Shown here in pieces: positions 56,001 through 64,000 of a stretch of DNA of 64,000 bases. The translations under genes were made by a program, and so were the position numbers. The stretch lies in assembly GCA_035480855.1 (NCBI GenBank), contig DATIHJ010000019.1:16096-80095 (forward strand). The letters run 5' to 3'. The stretch comes from Patescibacteria group bacterium. GTDB taxonomy: Bacteria; Patescibacteriota; Saccharimonadia; Saccharimonadales; JANWIN01. Every line of letters begins with the position of its first letter. Position 1 is the first letter of the stretch. The notes under the pieces are model-generated. The model saw only the letters and a program-made list of their open reading frames with translations. It did no database searches and had not been told where the DNA came from.

Positions 56001-56655
56001 CGGCCGTACAGGAGAATCGTTTAAGGAGCGCACAACTGTAGGCAGTATGTACATGATTAAGCTCAATCACATGATTGCAGACAAGATCCACGCTCGTTCA
56101 ACTGGTCCGTACACCATGGTTACCCAACAGCCACTTGGTGGTAAGGCACAAAACGGTGGTCAGCGCTTTGGTGAGATGGAAGTTTGGGCACTTGAGGCTT
56201 ACGGTGCATCACACACCCTACAAGAAATGCTGACTATTAAATCAGATGATGTCTACGGTCGCAGCAAAGCTTACGAATCTATAATTAAGGGTACAGAAAT
56301 TGTTGGTCCTAAGGTACCTGAAAGCTTCAACGTGCTTGTGAAGGAACTGCAAGGATTAGGCCTTAAAGTAGACCTAGTTACCTCAAATGCAGTTGTGGAT
56401 GCAGAAGCCATATTGGCCGAAAACATTAAGGACGAGGCTGCTCATGCGCCAGAGGTAGACGTTCCCCAGCCAGTGGTGTCTGATGTAGACGTCACAGAAG
56501 ACGCCTTACAAGACGAATTTGCTGTAATGGAACTTGATGATGAGCTTAGTGGAGGCATTGCTACTGCTTCGCCCGTCGATGACCAAACAGTTGCAGCCGA
56601 CAACACAGCTCTAATAGCAACTGACGATGATGAAACACCTGAGGAGGCAAAATAA
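53068..56655 (+). CDS. rpoB: DNA-directed RNA polymerase subunit beta
   Basis: 1195 aa with conserved blocks throughout (for example GGRHGNKGV and NPLGVPSRMN), plus a ~90-aa acidic C-terminal tail. Confidence 0.97.
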   Translation: MAKSTTKIKPGERVYYTKPDDTIDLPNLVDHQNKSFQWFVDEGLGELLQEISPIDDYTGTKLTLDFKGYRFEKPKLTEAEARENNVSFEAPLKATVVLTNKVTGEVKEQEIYLGDYPWMTTRGTFVINGAERVVVSQLIRSAGVFFTADKKGTNNLYGAKVIPGRGAWLEFETAANGALYVKIDRKRKIPVTTLLRALGMTEAHMLTAFKHVDSGTVSHLAVTLEKDPAHGNNDALIEVYRRLRPGDLATVENARSLLENMFYNFKRFDFSRVGRYKINKRLDLKTPNNIENRVMRLEDLVAIVAEIIRLNNTQEPADDIDSLANRRVKLVGELVQRQFRIGLLRMERNTKDRMSMSEIETVTPAQLINARPVVAAVREFFASSQLSQFMDQINPLSELAHKRRLSSMGPGGLSRERAGFEVRDAHATHYGRICPVETPEGANIGLVLNLASYARINDYGFIETPYRKVLSAVTAKQSIGHIAAVDFEDEKGKTIVKSGQKVTAASATRLAKVKNQTTWPIKAEVTDQIIYMDASEEEQAVIASASEAYNDKGYFINERVSARNRLVSGEVDANDVTHMDASRRQIIGSSAALIPFIEKNYVYRSLMGSNQQRQAVPLISPSAPIVGTGIETVAAQNTGQITYAEADGTVESASADEVRVKYKGHTATYHPQHFVRSNEGTCINQKVVVSTGDKVKKGHVLIEGMSIADGELALGKDLLVAFMPWSGYNFEDAIIISRKLVEDDTLTSIHIVDYMTEVRETKLGPEIVTRDIPNVSEEALRHLDEDGIVRIGADVHPGDILVGKITPKGEQELSSEERLLRAIFGEKAKEVRDTSQRMSNGKHGKVVGVKVFSRANGHELKAGVIMQIQIFVAQMRKIAVGDKLGGRHGNKGVIARVLPVEDMPFTSDGTPVDIILNPLGVPSRMNVGQLFETHLGMAARMLGFKVGSPPFNGVSTTQIQTLLKQAGLPDDGKQQLYDGRTGESFKERTTVGSMYMIKLNHMIADKIHARSTGPYTMVTQQPLGGKAQNGGQRFGEMEVWALEAYGASHTLQEMLTIKSDDVYGRSKAYESIIKGTEIVGPKVPESFNVLVKELQGLGLKVDLVTSNAVVDAEAILAENIKDEAAHAPEVDVPQPVVSDVDVTEDALQDEFAVMELDDELSGGIATASPVDDQTVAADNTALIATDDDETPEEAK

Positions 56656-59600
56656 TGATGCGGAAATATTCTACAGGCACAAACATTGCCGACTTTGATG
56701 CTGTACGCCTTGCGGTGGCCAGCCCAGAAGACATTTTGGAATGGAGCCACGGCGAAGTAACCAAACCAGAAACTATTAACTACCGCACCCAAAAGCCTGA
56801 ACGCGATGGCTTGTTTTGTGAGCGCATCTTTGGTCCAGTCAAAGATATAAACCCGCATGACGCTAAGTTTAAGGGTGTACGTAGCCGCGAAGCAGCTGTT
56901 GATAAAAACGGCGAGATTGTTACCAAATCTATTGTAAGGCGCGAACGCATGGGCCACATTAGCCTGGCATCACCCGTTGCCCACATTTGGTTTTTGCGCG
57001 GCACACCTTCTGCTATTGGCCTCGTGCTAGGCATGACTGTTAAGAACCTGGAGCGTATTGCTTACTTTGCAAGCTACATTATTAAGAGTGCTGATACAGA
57101 CAAGCGTGACAAAATCCTAGAAGACAAAGCTGCAGAATTTAACGCCGCTAAAGAAGCTATTCGCATCCGCAACGAGGGTGCAGCCAAGATTGAGGGTGCA
57201 GACGTAAAAGCCTTAACAGAGCTTCAAGCTAAAGAGTTAGAAGAATTAACAATTGAATACGAACAAACCAAAGAACAGCTAGAGGGTCTGGAGCGTCTAC
57301 GACTAATTAGTGAAACTGACTACCGTAACCTTCCAGACGATTTGCAGTCAATTATTGAAGTTGGTATGGGTGGTGGTGCCCTAAAAGAGCTACTAGACAC
57401 CGTTGATCTAGGTGATCTAATTACAGAGCTTAGTAAAGAAGTTGAAGAGACCAAGGGCCAGCGCAAAAAGAAGCTTATGAAGCGCCTCCGTTTACTAGAA
57501 AGTATGCACCGGGCTGGCATTAAACCTAGCAGCCTATGTGTTGCAGTACTTCCAGTAATTCCTCCAGATCTACGTCCCATGGTTCAGCTAACTGGTGGAC
57601 GTTTTGCCACAAGTGACTTGAATGATCTCTACCGACGTGTAATTAACCGTAATAACCGTCTTAAGAAGCTGATTGACCTTAACGCTCCAGAAGTTATCCG
57701 ACGCAACGAGCAGCGTATGCTTCAAGAAGCTGTTGACGCACTTATAGATAACAATAATGCACGTAGTGGCCGCGCAGTGGCTGCAACTGGCCAACGTCGT
57801 CGACTAAAGAGCCTTAGTGACATGTTAAAGGGCAAACAAGGCCGCTTCCGCCAAAACTTGCTAGGTAAGCGCGTAGATTATTCTGGTCGCTCAGTAATTG
57901 TAGCCGGCCCAGAGCTTAAGATTTACCAGTGTGGACTGCCTAAAATGATGGCTCTTGAGCTATTTAAACCGTTTGTAATTGGCTATCTTATTACCAACGA
58001 ACATGCTCATAACATCCGCAGTGCAACCCGAATGATTGAATCTGGTGAAGTAGCTGTGTGGGATGCCCTTGACGAAGTCATTAAAGGTAAGTACGTGCTG
58101 CTTAACCGTGCGCCTAGTCTGCACCGACTCAGTATCCAGGCCTTTCAACCAGTACTTATTGAAGGTAAGGCCATTCAGCTTCACCCACTAGTATGTAAGG
58201 GCTTTAATGCGGATTTTGATGGTGACCAAATGGCGGTTCACCTTCCACTGTCAGACAATGCCCAGGCTGAAGCTATAGAGATTATGGCTGCAAATAAAAA
58301 CTTGCTAAAACCAGCTGACGGCTCCCCTATATTGCATATTGAGCAAGATATAGTTCTGGGCTGCTACTACCTAACATATGAACGTCCTAAGACAGCCAAA
58401 ACGGCCAAGCTAAAGGCATTTTCTAGCCTAAGCGAAGCCCTAATGGCTATGGATGCAGGTATCATAGAACTTCAGAGCAGTATCCGCATACCTTTCCGTG
58501 GTGCTCTTCGTGAGACTACATTAGGACGGGCTCTGTTTAATGAAATCTTTCCAGAAGATTTCCCATTCCAAGATCAAGCTATGACCAAGAAAAAACTGGG
58601 CAATGTTATGGCGCTTGTTTACCAGCGTTATGGACAGGCTAAAACTGCAGAAATTGCCGATGATCTAAAAGATATGGGCTTTACCTACGCCACAATGTCC
58701 GGACTATCTATGGGTATGAGTGACTTTAGCGATATCGAAGGTCTAGATGGCATTATGGACGAGGGTGAAATACGAGCCACCAAGATCAGTAACCAGTACG
58801 ACGAAGGTTTCATCACCGACGAAGAGCGTTACCGCCTAACGGTAGACAACTGGCAAGACACAGTGGGTATGGTTCAAGATCGTTTGTCAGAGCAGTTTGC
58901 CAAAGAGGACAGCTCTATGTCGATTGCTGTAACCTCTGGTGCCCGTGGTAACATTGGCCAGGTCATGACCGCCGTTGGTATGCTTGGTGTAACAACAGAT
59001 GCTACTGGACGAGCCATTGAACTTCCCATTCGTTCCAACTACAAGTCTGGATTATCGTCCCTAGAGTACTTTACCGCCACCCGTGGTGCGCGTAAGGGTA
59101 TGATTGACACTGCTCTTAAAACTGCAGACTCAGGCTACCTAACCCGCCGATTGGTGGACGTCAGCCAAGATGTATTTACTATTGATGAACCTACAGATGA
59201 TCCTGGCTTTGCCATCTTCCGTTCTGATGCCGAAGAAATTGGTGTGAGCTACGCCTCACGTCTAGTTGGACGCTTTAGTGCCGAGAAAATTGGCGATTAC
59301 ATTAAGAAGGGCCATCTCATTAGCCCAGAAGTTGCCGCTCAAATTGAAGCAGATGCGTCACTTGACGGCGTCAAAATCATGAGCGTGCTTAGCTGCACTA
59401 GTGTTCGCGGTATTAGCCGCAAATCATATGGTGTAGATCCCGCTACTGGCGAGCTTGTAGCTGCGCATCATCCTGTAGGTGTAATTGCTGCTCAGAGTAT
59501 CGGAGAGCCAGGTACACAGCTAACACTAAAGACTTTCCACTCCGGTGGAGTTGCTGGAGAAGACATTACCACTGGTCTGCCACGTGTCGAGGAATTGTTT

Positions 59601-60482
59601 GAAGTCCGTGCACCCAAGGGTCAGGCGTATCTATCAGAAATTGCTGGTACAGCCAAAACTTGGGAAGATGGCGATCACTATGTAGTGCAGATTACCGGCA
59701 AAGAAAGTAGCAAAGTTGAGCTTAAATTTGGCGTCCGCAAAGTACAAATTAAATCTGGTGCAAATGTTGCCATTGGAGATGTTGTAGCGGCAGAAGAAGA
59801 CGGCTCACAGCCGCTAATTACCCCAATTGCTGGCAAGGCAGAAGTTGGTAAAAAGGCAATAACCATTGTGCCTGCAGACGAGCAAGCAGTCCGTTACGAA
59901 ATACCTGGCTTCAAACAGCTACTCATTAAAGATGGAGACGCTATAGTTGCTGGACAGCGTCTAACTAACGGATCTATAAACCTGCACGAGCTAATTGTGC
60001 TCCAGGGTATTGAATCTACCCAGCGCTACATCATGAACGAAATCTTGCGTATCTTTGCCAGCCAGGGCCAAAACATTGCCGATAAGCACCTTGAAATCAT
60101 TGTGCGTCAGATGTTTAGCCGCGTACAGATTGAAGAAGCCGGCGACAGTGAGTTTGTAACCGGAGACATTGTTAGTAAGCTAGCCGTAGTAGAGGCAAAT
60201 GACAAACTATCTAAAGACAAGAAGCACCCAGCCAAATACAACCAATTGCTGCTTGGGATCACCAAAGCATCCCTATCTACTGATTCATTCCTAAGCGCAG
60301 CTAGCTTCCAGGACACCACTCGCGTTCTAATAGCAGCTGCTACAAGCGGTAAAGTGGACCACTTGTTTGGGCTAAAAGAAAACGTCATATTGGGCCGCCG
60401 CATACCTGTAGGAACCGGCTACCAAACAGAGGATGAAATCCGGGAGGCCAAAGAAGCAGTTGCAACAGAGGTGGAAAGATGA
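56655..60482 (+). CDS. rpoC: DNA-directed RNA polymerase subunit beta'
   Basis: 1275 aa with the NADFDGDQM catalytic motif. The start overlaps the rpoB stop by 1 nt (TAATG). Confidence 0.97.
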   Translation: MMRKYSTGTNIADFDAVRLAVASPEDILEWSHGEVTKPETINYRTQKPERDGLFCERIFGPVKDINPHDAKFKGVRSREAAVDKNGEIVTKSIVRRERMGHISLASPVAHIWFLRGTPSAIGLVLGMTVKNLERIAYFASYIIKSADTDKRDKILEDKAAEFNAAKEAIRIRNEGAAKIEGADVKALTELQAKELEELTIEYEQTKEQLEGLERLRLISETDYRNLPDDLQSIIEVGMGGGALKELLDTVDLGDLITELSKEVEETKGQRKKKLMKRLRLLESMHRAGIKPSSLCVAVLPVIPPDLRPMVQLTGGRFATSDLNDLYRRVINRNNRLKKLIDLNAPEVIRRNEQRMLQEAVDALIDNNNARSGRAVAATGQRRRLKSLSDMLKGKQGRFRQNLLGKRVDYSGRSVIVAGPELKIYQCGLPKMMALELFKPFVIGYLITNEHAHNIRSATRMIESGEVAVWDALDEVIKGKYVLLNRAPSLHRLSIQAFQPVLIEGKAIQLHPLVCKGFNADFDGDQMAVHLPLSDNAQAEAIEIMAANKNLLKPADGSPILHIEQDIVLGCYYLTYERPKTAKTAKLKAFSSLSEALMAMDAGIIELQSSIRIPFRGALRETTLGRALFNEIFPEDFPFQDQAMTKKKLGNVMALVYQRYGQAKTAEIADDLKDMGFTYATMSGLSMGMSDFSDIEGLDGIMDEGEIRATKISNQYDEGFITDEERYRLTVDNWQDTVGMVQDRLSEQFAKEDSSMSIAVTSGARGNIGQVMTAVGMLGVTTDATGRAIELPIRSNYKSGLSSLEYFTATRGARKGMIDTALKTADSGYLTRRLVDVSQDVFTIDEPTDDPGFAIFRSDAEEIGVSYASRLVGRFSAEKIGDYIKKGHLISPEVAAQIEADASLDGVKIMSVLSCTSVRGISRKSYGVDPATGELVAAHHPVGVIAAQSIGEPGTQLTLKTFHSGGVAGEDITTGLPRVEELFEVRAPKGQAYLSEIAGTAKTWEDGDHYVVQITGKESSKVELKFGVRKVQIKSGANVAIGDVVAAEEDGSQPLITPIAGKAEVGKKAITIVPADEQAVRYEIPGFKQLLIKDGDAIVAGQRLTNGSINLHELIVLQGIESTQRYIMNEILRIFASQGQNIADKHLEIIVRQMFSRVQIEEAGDSEFVTGDIVSKLAVVEANDKLSKDKKHPAKYNQLLLGITKASLSTDSFLSAASFQDTTRVLIAAATSGKVDHLFGLKENVILGRRIPVGTGYQTEDEIREAKEAVATEVER

Positions 60483-60517
60483 TAAAATCCAAAGCTAAAT
60501 TTCAAGGAATTTTGTAG

Positions 60518-60928
60518 ATGCCAACAATTAACCAGTTAGTACGCAAGCCTCGTAGCCGGACGACCAGCAAATCCAAGTCGCCTGCGTTGCTTCGTGTTGC
60601 CAATAACCTTAAGACCCGCAACTATGAAAAGCCTGCTCCATTTAAGCGTGGTGTGTGTGTAAAGGTAACTACTAAAACCCCCAAAAAGCCTAACTCTGCT
60701 CTACGTAAAGTTGCCCGTGTACGTCTAACAAATGGACAGGAAGTCTGGGCTTACATTGGTGGTGAGGGTCACAATTTGCAGGAGCACGCAGTAGTACTTA
60801 TCCGAGGTGGTCGTGTTAAAGATCTTCCTGGAGTTCGTTACCACATTGTCCGCGGCACACTTGATCTTCAGGGTGTATCTGACCGCAAAAATGGCCGCAG
60901 CAAATACGGAGCTAAAAAAGGTAAGTAA
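60518..60928 (+). CDS. rpsL: 30S ribosomal protein S12
   Basis: 136 aa with PTINQLVRK ... [10 protein letters not shown] ... GVRYHIVRG. Confidence 0.97.
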   Translation: MPTINQLVRKPRSRTTSKSKSPALLRVANNLKTRNYEKPAPFKRGVCVKVTTKTPKKPNSALRKVARVRLTNGQEVWAYIGGEGHNLQEHAVVLIRGGRVKDLPGVRYHIVRGTLDLQGVSDRKNGRSKYGAKKGK

Positions 60929-61407
60929 TGCCTCGCCATAAAACTAAATCACTAGTTAGAGACATTCAACCAGACCGCCTATATAACAGCGTGCCGGTTC
61001 AGCGGTTGATTAACCGTGTAATGCTTGATGGCAAAAAGCAACTAGCAGAACGCCTGGTTTACGGTGGCATGCAAAAGGCTGCAGACAAGCTAAAAGTAAA
61101 AAACCCACTTGAAGTATTTGAGCAAGCTATGAAAAACATTCAGCCACACATGGAAACTCGCAGTCGCCGTGTAGGTGGTGCCAACTACCAGATTCCGTTT
61201 GAGGTCAAAGGCCAGCGCCAAAACCACCTAACAACTATGTGGTTTGTGGCTGCTGCCCGTGCCCGCAAAGGTATGAGCATGGAAGACCGCATTGCCCAAG
61301 AGCTCATGGACGCCTACAACAACACCGGTACATCAGTTAAGAAGCGCGAAGATGTACACAAAATGGCAGATGCAAACCGTGCCTTCGCTCACTTCGCGAG
61401 ATTCTAA
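60928..61407 (+). CDS. rpsG: 30S ribosomal protein S7
   Basis: 159 aa. The start overlaps the rpsL stop (TAATG). Conserved motifs include VGGANYQIP and ANRAFAHFR. Confidence 0.96.
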   Translation: MPRHKTKSLVRDIQPDRLYNSVPVQRLINRVMLDGKKQLAERLVYGGMQKAADKLKVKNPLEVFEQAMKNIQPHMETRSRRVGGANYQIPFEVKGQRQNHLTTMWFVAAARARKGMSMEDRIAQELMDAYNNTGTSVKKREDVHKMADANRAFAHFARF

Positions 61408-61408
61408 A

Positions 61409-61738
61409 ATGTTAGAAATTCAGCCTTGCGGTGTTGGTGAACGTCGAAGAATATGTCCAGCTCTGAGTGTTTTAGATATACAAATCAACTTATACGAATC
61501 TGCAGCAGAAAATGGGAATGCATTAGCCAAGAAAATTGCTAGAGATTTTATTGAGCAACGTGAAGAATTTTTGGCAAGAGTTGATTCTGGAGAATGTATA
61601 GGGATTGTTAGAGAAGAGAGGCGACTTGGTGAGCATGCGCCCTACTTTTCTGCGCCTGCTTGCGGTCTTCAGTTTATAGACTCGCAAACTAGAAATGTCG
61701 ATAACGAGTTAACTACACTATTAAGTACTGAGGAATAA
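61409..61738 (+). CDS. Hypothetical protein (109 aa) inserted between rpsG and fusA
   Basis: The ATG lies 1 nt after the rpsG stop. Its 3' end contains the GAGGA Shine-Dalgarno of fusA. It has four Cys, AGA-rich Arg usage, and looks AT-richer than the flanking genes by eye. I recognised no family. Confidence 0.45.
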   Translation: MLEIQPCGVGERRRICPALSVLDIQINLYESAAENGNALAKKIARDFIEQREEFLARVDSGECIGIVREERRLGEHAPYFSAPACGLQFIDSQTRNVDNELTTLLSTEE

Positions 61739-61743
61739 CACAT

Positions 61744-63831
61744 ATGGCAGATAAAAAATACGCACTAGATAAGTTTAGAAATATTGGCATTATTGCTCAT
61801 ATTGATGCCGGTAAGACTACCACTACTGAGGGAATACTGTACCGTACAGGGCTTAAGCACAAGATAGGTGCTGTGCATGAGGGTGAGACTACTACAGACT
61901 GGATGGCACAAGAGAAAGAGCGCGGCATAACAATTACCAGTGCCGCTGTAACGTGTTTTTGGAAAGATCACAAGATCAACATTATAGATACACCTGGGCA
62001 CATTGACTTTACGGTTGAAGTAGAAAGAAGCTTGCGCGTACTGGATGGTGCTGTAACCGTTTTTGACGGCAAAATGGGTGTAGAAAGTCAGTCTGAAACA
62101 GTATGGCGCCAGGCAGACAAATACAAAGTCCCCCGTATCTGCTTTATCAATAAGATTAACCAAACCGGTGGTGATTTTTATAAATCCCTTGAGAGCATTC
62201 ATAACCGTCTAAACAAGCGTGCTTTCCCAATCCACCTTCCCATTGGTTTTGAACAAGGCGTTAGCGGTGTTGTAGACCTCATCACTATGAAGGCCTACAC
62301 CTACAAAGAGTTCACAGACCATGAACTTACCGAGGGTGAAGTGCCAGCAGATATGATGGACCAGGCTAACAAATATCGTAGCCTATTGATCGAAAACGCA
62401 GTTGCTGAAGACGAACAAATGCTAGAGAAGTACTTTGAGGTTGGCGAAGAAGGTTTAAGTGAGGATGACATCCGCCAAGCAATCCGTACGGCCGTACTCA
62501 CTGGTAAGTTCTTTGCAGTCAGCGGCGGTGATGGTCGCGGTGTAATTGTCGAGAAGCTACTTGATGCTGTTGTAGACTTTTTGCCAAGCCCAATCGACCG
62601 TGGCTCTACCTGGGGCACACATCCCAAAACTGGCGACGAGATTGAGCGCAAACCAGAAGAAAGCCAACCTTTTGCAGGACTAGCCTTCAAGATTGCTACA
62701 GACCCATTTGTAGGTAAGCTGGCCTTTATCCGCGTATATTCTGGAAAAGTTACAGCCGGTAGCTATATACTCAACAGCTCAAGTGGTGAAAAAGAGCGAG
62801 TTGGACGCATCGTACGTATGCATGCAGACAAACGTGAGGACGTCAGTGAAGTTACAGCCGGGGATATTGCAGCTATTGTGGGTCTCAAGGCCACTACTAC
62901 CGGCCATACCTTGTGTGACCCAAATAACCCAATTGTTCTCGAAAGTATAACGTTCCCAGAGCCTCCAGTATCTATCGCTATTGAGCCTAAGACTAAGGCT
63001 GACCAAGAAAAGATGAGCATTGCACTACAGCGACTAGCAGAAGAAGATCCTACATTCCGTATCCGCGTGGACGAGGAAACCGGCCAGACTATTATCAGTG
63101 GAATGGGTGAGTTACACCTAGAAATCATTGTTGATCGCATGAAGCGCGAGTTTACGGTGGAAGCTAATATTGGCCAGCCCCAAGTTGCTTACCGTGAGAC
63201 TATCCGTAAGGATGGTGTTGAAGCAGAAGGCAAATATATCCGACAGACAGGTGGACGAGGACAATACGGACATGTCTGGCTGCGACTTGAGCAAAACGAG
63301 CAAGGCAAGGGCTTTGAATTTGTGAATGCCATTAAGGGTGGTGTGGTTCCAGCTGAGTACATTAACCCTATCAAAGCTGGTATCGAGGAAGCACTGAATA
63401 ACGGTGTGATTGCTGGCTATCCTGTAGTAGATGTTAAAACCACCCTATATGATGGTAGTTACCACGATGTTGACTCATCTGAAATGGCCTTTAAGATTGC
63501 TGGTTCAATGGCTGTACAAGAAGGCGTTAAGAAGTCCAACCCTGCACTACTAGAACCTATCATGAAGATAGTAGTAGTAACTCCTGAGAGCTTCATGGGC
63601 GACGTTATTGGTGATTTAAACAGCAAACGTGGGCGCGTTGAAGCAATGGAAGACCTGCAAGCTGGAATAAAAGAGATTACCGCCTTTGTGCCTCTTGGTG
63701 AAATGTTTGGTTACACTACTAATCTACGCAGTATGACCCAAGGCCGCGCTAGCAGTAGCATGGAACTAGACCACTATCAGGACGTGCCTAACAACGTAGC
63801 TGAAGCTATCATTGCTAAAAACGCCAAGTAA
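61744..63831 (+). CDS. fusA: Elongation factor G
   Basis: 695 aa with the G1 motif [17 protein letters not shown] and NKID-type (NKIN) motifs. Domains II-V are conserved. Confidence 0.97.
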   Translation: MADKKYALDKFRNIGIIAHIDAGKTTTTEGILYRTGLKHKIGAVHEGETTTDWMAQEKERGITITSAAVTCFWKDHKINIIDTPGHIDFTVEVERSLRVLDGAVTVFDGKMGVESQSETVWRQADKYKVPRICFINKINQTGGDFYKSLESIHNRLNKRAFPIHLPIGFEQGVSGVVDLITMKAYTYKEFTDHELTEGEVPADMMDQANKYRSLLIENAVAEDEQMLEKYFEVGEEGLSEDDIRQAIRTAVLTGKFFAVSGGDGRGVIVEKLLDAVVDFLPSPIDRGSTWGTHPKTGDEIERKPEESQPFAGLAFKIATDPFVGKLAFIRVYSGKVTAGSYILNSSSGEKERVGRIVRMHADKREDVSEVTAGDIAAIVGLKATTTGHTLCDPNNPIVLESITFPEPPVSIAIEPKTKADQEKMSIALQRLAEEDPTFRIRVDEETGQTIISGMGELHLEIIVDRMKREFTVEANIGQPQVAYRETIRKDGVEAEGKYIRQTGGRGQYGHVWLRLEQNEQGKGFEFVNAIKGGVVPAEYINPIKAGIEEALNNGVIAGYPVVDVKTTLYDGSYHDVDSSEMAFKIAGSMAVQEGVKKSNPALLEPIMKIVVVTPESFMGDVIGDLNSKRGRVEAMEDLQAGIKEITAFVPLGEMFGYTTNLRSMTQGRASSSMELDHYQDVPNNVAEAIIAKNAK

Positions 63832-63874
63832 ATAAGCTTGACCATCTTTCTAAGAAACCGCTACACTCACAGAC

Positions 63875-64000
63875 ATGAAGAGTCCCCTGAGACATTTGCC
63901 GCTTATACCCCAGCCCACGACATTACAACCTAATTTGGCGCTCCGCAAAGTAACCTCGAAATCTGGCAAAGGAGTTTATGCATCGTCTGACACTCTATTT
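63875..64000 (+). CDS. Partial ORF running off the window end (unknown; not tuf)
   Basis: An ATG at 63875 is open for 42 codons to the window edge. The N-terminus MKSPLRHLPL... does not resemble EF-Tu. Confidence 0.25.
   Translation, partial: MKSPLRHLPLIPQPTTLQPNLALRKVTSKSGKGVYASSDTLF

Noticed and set aside
56442-56957. 171-aa minus-strand ORF spanning the rpoB/rpoC junction
   Set aside because: It lies entirely antisense to two highly conserved genes, has no start context and no recognisable motifs.
61292-61408. Longer version of the rpsG-fusA intergenic ORF starting at 61292
   Set aside because: The first 39 codons overlap the conserved 3' end of rpsG in another frame. The internal ATG at 61409, right after the rpsG stop, is the only plausible start.
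1-64000. CRISPR arrays, IS elements or transposases, toxin-antitoxin pairs, restriction-modification or other recognisable defence genes
   Set aside because: I scanned the intergenic regions, which are all shorter than about 220 nt, and the ORF translations. I saw no repeat-spacer arrays, DDE, serine or tyrosine recombinase motifs, or defence-associated domains. The only candidate is the SLOG-family pair, which is reported as a finding.

Overview
This is a gene-dense 64 kb window, coding for well over 90% of its length, and almost all of it is core housekeeping DNA from a small-genome bacterium. Three traits suggest a CPR/Patescibacteria organism, possibly Saccharibacteria-like: a split transketolase, gatCAB, and many short lineage-specific ORFs wedged into conserved operons. 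That taxonomic placement is inference only.

Gene content, left to right:
- Redox trio: glutaredoxin-like protein, trxB, FNR-like reductase.
- ppa, an IMPase-family phosphatase and a NUDIX hydrolase.
- A terminator-delimited sugar-phosphate operon: gap, rpiB, rpe-like, split tkt, class II fba.
- A PfkB-family kinase, then an unknown 416-aa protein translationally coupled to a LOG/TIGR00725 protein.
- uvrB, gatC-gatA-[extra ORF]-gatB, galU, a DUF948-like/YtxH pair, dnaE.
- A membrane CAP-domain protein, trmH-family methyltransferase, a solitary pilB/gspE ATPase, rplS, rnhB, pepN, nusA, an unknown, clpC.
- A membrane HExxH protein, radA, a long PBP1A, tyrS, a methyltransferase, recG, an unknown, rsmD, tRNA-Leu(UAG).
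- hisS, tig, an unknown, clpP, an unknown, rpoB-rpoC, and rpsL-rpsG-[extra ORF]-fusA.

I saw no rRNA, CRISPR array, transposase, integrase or obvious prophage or defence island. I do not see a convincing novel multi-gene system.

The observations most worth follow-up:
1. A recurrent extended -10 box (TGnTAnnnT) sits 5-9 nt, mostly exactly 6 nt, upstream of about 17 start codons that lack a Shine-Dalgarno. This implies widespread leaderless mRNAs.
2. A perfect CIRCE (HrcA) operator overlaps the clpP promoter, and a near-CIRCE overlaps the clpC promoter.
3. Extra unknown ORFs are inserted and translationally coupled inside the normally invariant gatCAB and rpsL-rpsG-fusA operons.
4. The unknown 416-aa protein plus LOG-family pair lies next to a ribose-phosphate/glycolysis cluster that has no transaldolase in this window.
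5. TyrRS carries TIGN in place of the HIGH signature.

All functional calls rest on motif recognition by eye. No database search was run.
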